Positions 55,701-64,000 of a stretch of 64,000 nt of DNA are shown here, piece after piece. Made by a program: the position numbers and the translations under genes. This DNA is from Candidatus Nomurabacteria bacterium (GTDB taxonomy: Bacteria; Patescibacteriota; Minisyncoccia; Phycocordibacterales; UBA9973). Within the stretch, counting starts at the first letter, position 1. Each line of letters begins with the position of its first letter. The notes under the pieces were generated by a model. The model was given only the letters and a program-made list of their open reading frames with translations. It was not told the DNA's origin and searched no databases. The stretch is taken from NCBI GenBank assembly GCA_037139835.1, contig JBAXFQ010000002.1, positions 10,659-74,658 on the forward strand, read 5' to 3'.

Positions 55701-55772
55701 TGACCTTACGGGGAATCGGACCCCGATTACCGCCTTGAGAAGGCGATGTCCTAACCGTTAGACGATAAGGCC
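55701..55772 (-). tRNA. tRNA-Glu (anticodon CUC), CCA not encoded
   Basis: Reverse complement GGCCTTA-TC-GTCT-AACGGTTA-GGAC-A-TCGCC-TTCTCAA-GGCGG-TAAT-CGGGG-TCCGATT-CCCCG-TAAGGTC-A; closely parallels E. coli tRNA-Glu (GGCGGUAAC-AGGGG-UUCGAAU-CCCCU); T-loop has C at position 55. Confidence 0.75.
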
Positions 55773-55824
55773 AAACTTAAATACTATTACAAAATACCAG
55801 AAAATAAGCTTTTTTACAAGAAAA

Positions 55825-55853
55825 TAGCCCGCTAATTTCTAAGCGGGCTATCG
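55825..55853 (-). terminator. terminator hairpin ATAGCCCGC-taatttctaa-GCGGGCTAT downstream of minus-strand ORF 55858..56112
   Basis: 9-bp GC-rich stem; T-rich on the minus strand after the hairpin. Confidence 0.5.
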
Positions 55854-55857
55854 GTCT

Positions 55858-56112
55858 TTAGTGTACATCACAGCCGACATAAAAGTCTTCCATTGTTAGT
55901 CTTGATTTGATCTTTTTCATGTGATCATAAACCCATTGATCTAAATCATCAATTGAATTAAAAACATCGATGTCAGTTGGTATTTTTTCGATTTCCTGTT
56001 TAATTTTATTTGAAGACAAAAAAGCGTCTTTGTATTGCTCTTCTGTTATTTCTTCTTCAAATAAAAAAAACTCTTCTTGCAAAGATAAATTTTTTATAAA
56101 TTTATTTTCCAT
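55858..56112 (-). CDS. hypothetical acidic protein (84 aa)
   Basis: ORF track; followed by terminator. Confidence 0.3.
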   Translation of the reverse strand: MENKFIKNLSLQEEFFLFEEEITEEQYKDAFLSSNKIKQEIEKIPTDIDVFNSIDDLDQWVYDHMKKIKSRLTMEDFYVGCDVH

Positions 56113-56317
56113 ATCGTGATAAATTTAAGTTTGAAATTATAATACCATTTTTATTTATAAAGTCAAAACTATTTATCATAGATAATTAATCTATGTGTAT
56201 AAGTATTTGACAATATTTTGTATTATTATATAATTTTATCGAATTGATCTAGTCGGTTTTTGGTGGATTTAAGGAGATATCATATGTCTTTTTAAACTCA
56301 CCAAAAACTAACATGCC

Positions 56318-56509
56318 ATGAAAAATTTCTTTAAAATGATTATTTCCTTCCTTCCAGCAATTTGTTTTATAATGGTATATTCTTCGATAGGATCTATCGC
56401 TATAAACATAGTGAACCACAATCATTCAGGTATAATTAACTCCTTTATTCTCGGAGTTGTATTTATTGCTATTATGAAAATAGCTTCAAGAAGTTTAAAT
56501 GCAAATTGA
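56318..56509 (+). CDS. small membrane hypothetical protein (63 aa)
   Basis: ORF track; preceded by TTGACA-N18-TATAAT at ~56207-56236. Confidence 0.25.
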   Translation: MKNFFKMIISFLPAICFIMVYSSIGSIAINIVNHNHSGIINSFILGVVFIAIMKIASRSLNAN

Positions 56510-56582
56510 TTTATAATTAACAGCCAGATAATTTATTTTATATAAATTTATCTGGCTGTTTTTTTTGTGCTATAATCGAAAA

Positions 56583-57275
56583 ATGGAATCAAAAATAGGG
56601 ACTTTGTATATAATTGCTACGCCGATAGGGAACTTGGAGGATATTACTTTACGGGCGCTACGTATACTAAAAGAAGTAGATACTATTTTATGCGAAGATA
56701 CGAGGACTACTAGAGTCTTACTAAATAAATATGAAATAAAGACTAAAACTATGAGCTATAACGCACATGCAACAGAAGGGAAAGAATCAGTCATTATCAA
56801 AATGCTAGGAGAAGGGAAGGATTTGGCCTTAGTTTCTGATGCAGGAACTCCTACTATCTCTGATCCAGGAGTGATGCTAGTTGCAAATGTAAAGAAGGAA
56901 TTTGGTGAAGATATAAAAGTCGTTCCTATACCAGGACCAAGTGCGCTCATAGCAGCACTTTCAGCTAGTGGTGTTTCTTCTGCAGAGTTTACTTTCCTAG
57001 GTTTCTTACCACACAAGAAAGGAAGAGAAACTTTGTTTAAAGAAATTTCTAATAGTAAAAGAGTTGTAGTTTTCTATGAATCTACTCATCGTATAATGAA
57101 GACTCTCTCGTCTCTCGTAGAATATGCTCCGACATTTAAGGTAGTAATAGGAAGAGAGATCACAAAGCAATTTGAAGAATTCGTAGAAGGTACTCCAGAA
57201 GAAGTTTTGTCATATTTTACAGTAAATGATGATAAACATAGAGGAGAATTTGTCGTCATTGTGGAGCCTAAATAA
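56583..57275 (+). CDS. rsmI: 16S rRNA (cytidine1402-2'-O)-methyltransferase RsmI
   Basis: GTLYIIATPIGNLEDITLRALRILKEVDTILCEDTRTT (tetrapyrrole-methylase-fold RsmI N-terminus); start moved to ATG 56583 (track start sits in a TATAAT). Confidence 0.85.
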   Translation: MESKIGTLYIIATPIGNLEDITLRALRILKEVDTILCEDTRTTRVLLNKYEIKTKTMSYNAHATEGKESVIIKMLGEGKDLALVSDAGTPTISDPGVMLVANVKKEFGEDIKVVPIPGPSALIAALSASGVSSAEFTFLGFLPHKKGRETLFKEISNSKRVVVFYESTHRIMKTLSSLVEYAPTFKVVIGREITKQFEEFVEGTPEEVLSYFTVNDDKHRGEFVVIVEPK

Positions 57276-57293
57276 ATACGCTATAATAAAAGG

Positions 57294-57509
57294 ATGAGAA
57301 AAGAAAGAACATTACTTATACTTGGTATTTTTGTGGCTCTTTTGCCATATATGGGTTTCTATGAGAGCTGGAGAAAGATATTGTTTATGATATTAGGATT
57401 GAGTATTGTTTATATATCTTACTTATTTTATATAGAAGCTAAAGCTCGTTTAGATAAAGAAGACAACAAGATAAAATCATTTATAGATAATATAAAAAGC
57501 GGAGAATAA
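57294..57509 (+). CDS. small membrane hypothetical protein (71 aa)
   Basis: Two TM segments; translationally coupled to next gene. Confidence 0.3.
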   Translation: MRKERTLLILGIFVALLPYMGFYESWRKILFMILGLSIVYISYLFYIEAKARLDKEDNKIKSFIDNIKSGE

Positions 57510-57510
57510 T

Positions 57511-58743
57511 ATGCAGAACAAAAAATCAGTCAAGTTATCTATTTTTATAGTACTCGCATTGTCCATATGCGGGTTATTTGTTTATTTTGCATTACCATTT
57601 TTTAAGAACCAGATTGAATATAATAGTGATATAAAAGTAGTTGCTTCCGATGGTACGACACCAGTCCCAGCACATGAAGTAAATGATATTTTGCCATTAA
57701 CTGCTCCTACGGAAGTTCCTGTCGTGAGTCCTATCATAGTTACACATATACAAACACCTTCAAAAGTTAAAGCTGCCTATATATCTGCTTGGGTGGCAGG
57801 AGCTCCTAAGTATCGTGATCCTGTAGTCAAAATGATAGATGAGACAGAGTTGAATTCTATTGTTATAGATGTGAAGGATTCAACAGGTAGAGTCAGTTTT
57901 GATATGCCAGTTCCTGAAATTCAAAAAGAAGGAAGTATCGAAAAAAGAATTAAAAATATTCGCGAACTAACAGATATGCTACACAAGAAGAATATCTATA
58001 TCATAGGTCGTGTCGCTGTGTTCCAAGATCCTTACATGACAAAGAAGCATCCTGAATGGTCTATAACCAAGAAAAGTGATGGAGGAGTATGGAAAGACCG
58101 CAAAGGTTTATCATTCCTAGATCCAGCTAAAAAAGAAGTTCAGGACTATGTGGTGAGTGTGGCAAAGGGAGCATATGAAGAAGGCTTCGATGAGATAAAC
58201 TTTGATTACATTCGTTATCCATCAGATGGTAATATGAAAGATATCAATTATCATTTGAAGACTGGTGAGACTAGATCAGATAATATAGAAAAGTTTTTTA
58301 AATATTTATCGACAGAAGTCAAAAAAGAAAAGAATATCCCTATGTCAGCAGATCTGTTTGGTCTAACTACAGAAGCGACGGATGATATGGGAATAGGGCA
58401 AGTCTGGGAAAAGGCATTACCTTATTTTGATTTCCTTTGTCCCATGGTTTATCCATCTCATTATCCTCCTGGTCAAATGGGATTTAAAAATCCAGCAGAC
58501 CACCCTTATGAGATAATAAATCAAGCGATGCTGAGTGCCATAGCAAAGACTGATAAAGTTGCTGGAGATAAGAACAAGATCCGACCATGGTTGCAAGACT
58601 TTGATATGGGGGCCACTTATACAAAAGAATTAATACAAAAAGAATTTAAGGCAGTTTATGATAATAGTCTAAATTCTTGGATGTTGTGGGACCCAGCCAA
58701 TAAATATACTCCTTCTGCTTTAGAACTTGAAACAAATCAATAA
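57511..58743 (+). CDS. membrane-anchored putative glycoside-hydrolase-like (TIM-barrel, DUF4015-like) protein
   Basis: N-terminal TM; weak resemblance to GH-like families; low certainty. Confidence 0.35.
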   Translation: MQNKKSVKLSIFIVLALSICGLFVYFALPFFKNQIEYNSDIKVVASDGTTPVPAHEVNDILPLTAPTEVPVVSPIIVTHIQTPSKVKAAYISAWVAGAPKYRDPVVKMIDETELNSIVIDVKDSTGRVSFDMPVPEIQKEGSIEKRIKNIRELTDMLHKKNIYIIGRVAVFQDPYMTKKHPEWSITKKSDGGVWKDRKGLSFLDPAKKEVQDYVVSVAKGAYEEGFDEINFDYIRYPSDGNMKDINYHLKTGETRSDNIEKFFKYLSTEVKKEKNIPMSADLFGLTTEATDDMGIGQVWEKALPYFDFLCPMVYPSHYPPGQMGFKNPADHPYEIINQAMLSAIAKTDKVAGDKNKIRPWLQDFDMGATYTKELIQKEFKAVYDNSLNSWMLWDPANKYTPSALELETNQ

Positions 58744-58764
58744 TTCTGTAATAATAAAAAAACA

Positions 58765-59985
58765 ATGAAAATAAACTATAAGAAAACCGGGTATGTTTTA
58801 GCATCAATAATTTTATCGTTAGTTATACTTGCTGTAGGAGTATATATAGGATATTCTCATCGTCCTGAGATAGATAAGATAACTTCTGTAACCAATAAAA
58901 CTCCTAATTTTGAGACTACGGCTGATTTTACTCCATTTTGGAAAGCATGGAATTTATTGAAAGAAAAGTCTATATATTCAGATAAATTGACTGATCAGAA
59001 CCTTGTTTGGGGTGCTATAAAAGGTCTTGCAGGCACTACAGGAGACCCATATACGACTTTCTTCAGCCCAGACGACAATAAGCTCTTCAAGGATGAGATA
59101 AAGGGCTCTTTTGGTGGTATAGGAGCTGAAGTTGGAATTAAAGATAATGTTTTGACTATAATTGCTCCATTGAAGAATACTCCAGCTTGGAAGGCTGGAA
59201 TAAAAAGTGGTGATAAGATTCTAAAGATAGATAAGACTGCTACCAATGACTTATCTGTAGATGAAGCTATAAATATAATGCGCGGAGAGAAAGGTACAAC
59301 TGTAGTTCTTACTATTCTAAGAGAAGGCGAAAGTGCCACAAGAGAAATAAAAATAGTTAGAGATACAATTGATATACCGACGATAGATACAGAAAATTTA
59401 CCAGGAGGTATATCAGTAATTAAGTTTTATAGTTTCTCTGAAAATTCTGATAATTTATTTGCCAAAGCTTTAAATGAATTTATAAAGTCTGGAAATCATA
59501 AACTTATTCTTGACCTTAGAGGTAATCCAGGAGGTTATCTAGAAGTTGCAGTCAATATAGCATCTTGGTTTGTAGACGAAGGAAAAGTGATAGTTAGTGA
59601 AGATTTTGGTGGTACTCACAAAGCTCAAGATTACCGAAGTCATGGTCCAAGATTATTTAATGATAAATTACAGTTTGTTGTTCTTGTGGACGGAGGTTCA
59701 GCTTCCGCCTCAGAGATCCTAGCTGGTGCATTAAGAGAGCATAAGATAGCAACACTTATAGGAGAGACTACTTTTGGAAAGGGGTCGGTTCAAGAACTTG
59801 TAGACGTTACTCCTGCTACATCATTAAAGGTTACAGTAGCTAGGTGGCTCACTCCAAATGGTATATCAATATCAAAAGCTGGTCTTGAACCAGATATAAA
59901 GGTTCCATTCACAGTAAAAGATTTTGAATCTAAAAAGGATCCACAAATGGATAAAGCAGTAGAAGTATTGAAAGCTAAAGAATAA
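58765..59985 (+). CDS. carboxyl-terminal processing protease (S41 family, CtpA-like)
   Basis: PDZ region GGIGAEVG...; catalytic Ser context LVDGGSASASEILAGAL; Lys in TTFGKGSVQ. Confidence 0.85.
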   Translation: MKINYKKTGYVLASIILSLVILAVGVYIGYSHRPEIDKITSVTNKTPNFETTADFTPFWKAWNLLKEKSIYSDKLTDQNLVWGAIKGLAGTTGDPYTTFFSPDDNKLFKDEIKGSFGGIGAEVGIKDNVLTIIAPLKNTPAWKAGIKSGDKILKIDKTATNDLSVDEAINIMRGEKGTTVVLTILREGESATREIKIVRDTIDIPTIDTENLPGGISVIKFYSFSENSDNLFAKALNEFIKSGNHKLILDLRGNPGGYLEVAVNIASWFVDEGKVIVSEDFGGTHKAQDYRSHGPRLFNDKLQFVVLVDGGSASASEILAGALREHKIATLIGETTFGKGSVQELVDVTPATSLKVTVARWLTPNGISISKAGLEPDIKVPFTVKDFESKKDPQMDKAVEVLKAKE

Positions 59986-60060
59986 GATTAAATTTGCATA
60001 GGTCTGACCTATGCAAATTTTGTAATTGCAGGTAATAAATTAAAATGATATATTAAAAAT

Positions 60061-60498
60061 ATGAAGATAATACTAACAACAGATGTCCCTAAATTGGGTA
60101 ATAGATATGAGATTAAAGATTTAAAAGACGGATATGCCAACGTGCTCATATCAAAAGGTGTGGCATTGCTTGCAAGTCCTCAGGCTCTTTCTAGCTTGGC
60201 AGCAAAGAAAGCTCAATCAGAAAAGAAAAAGGAAGAAGAGATGAAGATTTTTGAGTCTATGATTTCTACTATAGACAACAAGAAGATTGAAGTAAAAGTT
60301 AAAGCAAATGAAAAAGGTCATTTATTCAAATCTGTGTCTGCTCGAGACATAGTCTCTGCTATCAAAGATATGACAGGCGTAGAGATAGAAGAGTCTGCTG
60401 TAGTAATGAATCATATAAAAGAAGTAGGAACTCATATGGTGGAGATAAAAAAGGGTAATAGAAAAGGGAAGTGTGAAGTGATAGTAAAAGCAAATTAG
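60061..60498 (+). CDS. rplI: 50S ribosomal protein L9
   Basis: MKIILTTDVPKLGNRYEIKDLKDGYANVLISKGVAL. Confidence 0.9.
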   Translation: MKIILTTDVPKLGNRYEIKDLKDGYANVLISKGVALLASPQALSSLAAKKAQSEKKKEEEMKIFESMISTIDNKKIEVKVKANEKGHLFKSVSARDIVSAIKDMTGVEIEESAVVMNHIKEVGTHMVEIKKGNRKGKCEVIVKAN

Positions 60499-60503
60499 AA
60501 ATT

Positions 60504-60532
60504 AAAAAATCCTCATTGCTGAGGATTTTTTA
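60504..60532. terminator. bidirectional terminator AAAAAATCCTC-attgct-GAGGATTTTTT between rplI (+) and rpmA (-)
   Basis: Perfect 7-bp stem flanked by A6 and T6. Confidence 0.75.
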
Positions 60533-60534
60533 AT

Positions 60535-60813
60535 TTACTTTTCTATTACGTGAACTATTTTCTTGACTGATGATGTTCTGTTGAAGTTTGTCTTTCTTTT
60601 AGTTCCAAATTTGATTGTTCCAGGTTTTAGAGCAAAAAGAGTATGGTCTTTACCTAGTCCTACATTGTTACCAGCAAGTATCTTTGTACCTCTTTGGCGA
60701 ATGATTATAGATCCTGCTTTTGCAGTTTCTCCAGCATAAAGCTTAGTACCTAGATACTTTGGATTTGAGTCTGTTAAATTTTTAGCCGATCCGCCGGCTT
60801 TTCTATGTGCCAT
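60535..60813 (-). CDS. rpmA: 50S ribosomal protein L27
   Basis: [29 protein letters not shown]...IIIRQRGTK. Confidence 0.9.
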   Translation of the reverse strand: MAHRKAGGSAKNLTDSNPKYLGTKLYAGETAKAGSIIIRQRGTKILAGNNVGLGKDHTLFALKPGTIKFGTKRKTNFNRTSSVKKIVHVIEK

Positions 60814-60918
60814 ATAATAAGTTAATAGTTAAAAGTTTATAGTTTAAAGTAGGATAATGGCCTAAAATTACTATATAATCTAGTAAACTAACGAAAATTG
60901 ATTTATAATTAAACTCAT

Positions 60919-61320
60919 ATGAGTATAAATGATTTTATGGATAAAATCAAGGGTAAAATAGGCCTTGACGTTTATACACTTATATGTCTTTGTATAATAG
61001 TTATAGTGAGTGTTGCTTCCTTTGGTTTAGGTAGGCTTTCGGTTTTAAATACTATCGATAAATCGAATTCAAAATTAGGAAACGATAATACGAGTCTTGT
61101 CAAAGGGGAGATAGGGAATAGTAATATAGTAGAGAATGATACAGTAGTAGACTCATCTTTATCTAAGAAAAGAATGTATGTCGCTTCAAAAAATGGTAAA
61201 CTATATTATAGTTTAGGATGTAGCGGAGCAAAAAGAATATCAGCCAAGAATGAAATATGGTTTGCTACAACGAGTGAAGCAGAGAAGGCAGGATTTACAT
61301 TATCAGCATCATGTAAATAA
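60919..61320 (+). CDS. hypothetical membrane-anchored protein with C-terminal Cys-pair domain
   Basis: N-terminal TM; C-terminal ...YYSLGCSGAKRISAKNEIWFATTSEAEKAGFTLSASCK; family not recognised with confidence. Confidence 0.35.
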   Translation: MSINDFMDKIKGKIGLDVYTLICLCIIVIVSVASFGLGRLSVLNTIDKSNSKLGNDNTSLVKGEIGNSNIVENDTVVDSSLSKKRMYVASKNGKLYYSLGCSGAKRISAKNEIWFATTSEAEKAGFTLSASCK

Positions 61321-61328
61321 TTTTTTTA

Positions 61329-62267
61329 ATGAAATATACAAATCAAGTAATTTTTATAATAATACTTATAGCCTTAGTCTATGTTATCGGTACAGACTAT
61401 AAGTCGATATATTCTAAAACTCTTTCTTTTATTCAAGGTAAGTCAGGTATTACTAGTATACAAAGCAAGATGAATGATGCCATCAATTCTGTTAATGGTA
61501 CAAATAATAGTAGTAATATTGATACTACAAAAAATGCAGTTGTACCTGGAGCTCTTGTTGTTTCTGATAATTATCTAACTTCTAATACAAAGAATATAAA
61601 ACTAACTAAAGAAAAAGTAATAGAAATAACAAACAAAGAAAGATCTCTCAATGGGAATCTTCCTCCATTAAAAGAAAATTCAAAACTAGATTTTTCAGCC
61701 GAGAAAAAATTACAAGATATGTTTACTAAAGGGTACTTCGAACATGTCTCACCAGATGGCGTAGGAGTAGCAGATCTTGGGACTCAGGTTGGCTATGAAT
61801 ATATCATAATAGGTGAAAATCTAGCATTGGGAAATTTTAAGGATGATCAGTCTCTCGTCGATGCTTGGATGGCTAGTCCAGGACATAGAGCAAATATATT
61901 AAATAATAAATATTCTGATATAGGTGTCTCTATTGGTAAAGGTACATACAAGGGAGAAAGTGTTTGGATGGCTGTACAGCATTTTGCATTACCAAAATCA
62001 GCTTGCCCTAAAATTGATGAAGTCTTAAGAGGTATGATAGATATAGAACAAAAGAATATGAAGCAAATGGAAGTAGAATTAGGGTCTAGAAAAGTGATGA
62101 TAGATAGTGGAGCCATATCAGGAGGGGCTACAACAATGGGTCAAATAAATGATTACAATGTATTAGTTTCTGAATATAATAAATTAATTTTAGATATTAA
62201 AAATAAAACAAATATTTACAATGCAGAAGTTAGAGATTTCAATAATTGTATAGCAAGTGTAAACTAG
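61329..62267 (+). CDS. CAP/SCP-domain secreted protein (YkwD-like)
   Basis: GYFEHVSPDG...AWMASPGHRANIL matches CAP superfamily motifs. Confidence 0.7.
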   Translation: MKYTNQVIFIIILIALVYVIGTDYKSIYSKTLSFIQGKSGITSIQSKMNDAINSVNGTNNSSNIDTTKNAVVPGALVVSDNYLTSNTKNIKLTKEKVIEITNKERSLNGNLPPLKENSKLDFSAEKKLQDMFTKGYFEHVSPDGVGVADLGTQVGYEYIIIGENLALGNFKDDQSLVDAWMASPGHRANILNNKYSDIGVSIGKGTYKGESVWMAVQHFALPKSACPKIDEVLRGMIDIEQKNMKQMEVELGSRKVMIDSGAISGGATTMGQINDYNVLVSEYNKLILDIKNKTNIYNAEVRDFNNCIASVN

Positions 62268-62635
62268 TATATAAAATATATAGGGAAGTAGTATTAGGGG
62301 GCCTTAAAGGGCCCTTTATTAGTAGGGCTTATTTTATATAAGAGTGTCGTACAATATATCTTTTACGACACTATATCCTAAAACTTAAGCTGGAGTATAA
62401 TACTCCAGCTCCCGTAAACCGGTGGTTAGTTTCTTTTCTTTTGATGTTTCTTTTGCTTTTTCATTCCCTCGCAGTTTCGTCCATGTTTTGGATTGCCTTT
62501 TTGCTCTTCTTTCGCTTGCATAAGAAAATTTTTAGTTATTAAAAAAAGAAAAATTTACACTCTAGAAAACTCCAAAAAAGAAGTAATCTATTTGTTGAAT
62601 ATATTACTCCTTTTTATTTATTTTGCAATATTATT

Positions 62636-63910
62636 TTATCCTACGAATGTGAGTGCGACACCCTTACTACTTGCACGTCCTGTTCTACCGATTCTGTGAA
62701 TATATGTATCGTAAGTTTGTGGAATCTCGTAGTTGATGACGTGAGTCACTTCAGGTATATCTAGACCTCTAGCTGCTACGTCTGTAGCGACCATTATATT
62801 GATCTCATCGTTTCTAAAACGTAGTAAAGTACGCTGACGGTCATTGTGACGTTTATCACCATGAATTGACCCTGCCTTGTACCCTCTTTTGTTTAATTCA
62901 ACAGAAAGTTTTTCTACTGAATGCTTCATTTCAGAAAAAATTAAAACTTTTTTAAATTCATTTTCTTTATCAAGAAGCTGACATAGTACATCGATTTTAT
63001 CTGTTCCTTTAGCTATCCTTATGACATCTTGTTCGACATTTTTTGAAGTCTCACGAGTTTTTACCATAACTTTTACAGGATCATTTGCAAATCTTTCTAT
63101 CAATTTCTCGATTGGTTTTGGTAATGTTGCAGAGAAGAAAAATCCTTGTCTGTCTGGAGAAGTTTTCTCTAATAAGAATGTTATATCATCTATGAATCCC
63201 ATATCAAGCATTCTGTCTGCTTCATCTAATACGACAGATCGTGTTCCTGGTAGATTGATCTCTCCACGTTTTACTAAGTCTAGAAGTCTTCCTGGTGTAC
63301 CTATGACAACATTACATTCACGACGTAGATTTCTTATCTGAGCTTGTATAGGAGCTCCTCCTACGCAGACTACTCCAAATATTTTCATTCCACGAACAAA
63401 GTCATTGAATTCAGTTTCTATTTGGATAGCTAATTCTCGTGTTGGGGCTATTATGATGGCTGTCTCATCCCTATTATTGATTATTTTATTTATTATAGGT
63501 ATGAGAAATGCTGCAGTTTTGCCTGTTCCAGTATCTGCTATTCCTAGGATGTCCCTTCCTTCAAGTGCATGAGAGATCGACTTGTCTTGAATAGGACTTG
63601 GGTAAATATAATTCTTATTTGCGATAGCAAGTTTAAGTTTTGCGTCTATTTTAAAATCAGCAAAAGTATGATTTGGAATATATATTTCTTCCTTTTCTAC
63701 TACTGTTGATTTACTTATGAATCTAGAAACGTCAATCCTCTCAAAAGATGACTTTCTTTTATTTCTACCTCCACTATTTCTACTTCCTCCACCTCTACTG
63801 AAGTTACTTCGACCTGAAGAAAAACCTCCTCGGATAGGACCTGCAGATCTACCTCCACTCGAATAATTAGGGGCTCTATTTGAGCCTCTTTGTTTTGTAT
63901 TATTATACAT
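62636..63910 (-). CDS. DEAD-box ATP-dependent RNA helicase with Gly/Arg/Ser-rich N-terminal extension
   Basis: Motifs ADTGTGKTAAF (I), PTRELA (Ia), VLDEADRMLD (II, DEAD), SAT (III), HRIGRTGRA (VI); N-terminal ~70 aa RGG/SR-rich; start at 63910 (MYNNTKQ) preferred over 63958. Confidence 0.85.
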   Translation of the reverse strand: MYNNTKQRGSNRAPNYSSGGRSAGPIRGGFSSGRSNFSRGGGSRNSGGRNKRKSSFERIDVSRFISKSTVVEKEEIYIPNHTFADFKIDAKLKLAIANKNYIYPSPIQDKSISHALEGRDILGIADTGTGKTAAFLIPIINKIINNRDETAIIIAPTRELAIQIETEFNDFVRGMKIFGVVCVGGAPIQAQIRNLRRECNVVIGTPGRLLDLVKRGEINLPGTRSVVLDEADRMLDMGFIDDITFLLEKTSPDRQGFFFSATLPKPIEKLIERFANDPVKVMVKTRETSKNVEQDVIRIAKGTDKIDVLCQLLDKENEFKKVLIFSEMKHSVEKLSVELNKRGYKAGSIHGDKRHNDRQRTLLRFRNDEINIMVATDVAARGLDIPEVTHVINYEIPQTYDTYIHRIGRTGRASSKGVALTFVG

Positions 63911-64000
63911 ATTTATTTCTTTGCGTGTTTCAAAATTAAAATTGAAACACTCATACACACAAGGAGTTTTTCAATATAGTATGATATTATCACCTATATA

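Noticed and set aside
60560-60600. Second CUGAUGA hammerhead-core match (ctgatgatg inside rpmA)
   Set aside because: No adjacent stem II hairpin or GAAA; lies within the conserved L27 coding sequence. Chance heptamer.
56756-63341. Antisense ORFs 56756..57016, 58995..59339, 61847..62116, 62493..62699, 63021..63341
   Set aside because: Opposite well-supported genes (rsmI, S41 protease, CAP protein, DEAD-box helicase).

Overview
AT-rich (about 30% GC by eye) bacterial chromosomal segment with a compact gene set resembling small-genome, low-GC lineages; a Patescibacteria/CPR-like origin is only a tentative guess. Standard genetic code; no rRNA, CRISPR array or transposase seen. Core content: partial zwf; ychF, lepA, leuS, valS, lysS, greA, tsaC, tsaD, cmk, rsmH, rsmI, rplI, rpmA; a split dcw cluster (murE-murD-[two alpha/beta hydrolases + DUF1653]-murC; mraZ-rsmH-ftsL-ftsI-murF); mrdA; murJ; four tRNAs (Gly-CCC, Arg-CCU, Phe-GAA, Glu-CUC; none with encoded CCA). 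Accessory or unusual content: (1) an EcoRI-family N6-adenine MTase in an operon with a ParB-like DUF262 + HNH nuclease (R-M or GmrSD-like defence module); (2) a ~600-bp ORF-free island with a near-consensus promoter, long hairpins and a canonical type III hammerhead ribozyme motif just upstream of an orphan CheY-like receiver gene; (3) a carotenoid-type cluster (polyprenyl synthase, phytoene/squalene synthase, phytoene desaturase, plus a UbiA-family prenyltransferase translationally coupled to a membrane protein, suggesting an elongated, C50-type pathway); (4) tRNA-Gly and tRNA-Arg are each followed by a homologous ~170-220-nt module that begins with a perfect 46-52-bp palindrome reaching into the tRNA 3' end and ends with copies of the tRNA acceptor 3' end; (5) a 4-kb island (51.5-55.3 kb) of small secreted/membrane protein genes, each preceded by a copy of a repeated terminator-plus-promoter module with tandem AGGGGAT half-sites at 10-bp phasing; (6) MraZ-box repeats in the mraZ promoter, a palindromic operator at an HxlR-type regulator promoter, a tandemly duplicated terminator hairpin after ychF, and a 19-nt exact inverted repeat linking the valS-tsaD intergenic region to an insertion inside tsaD.
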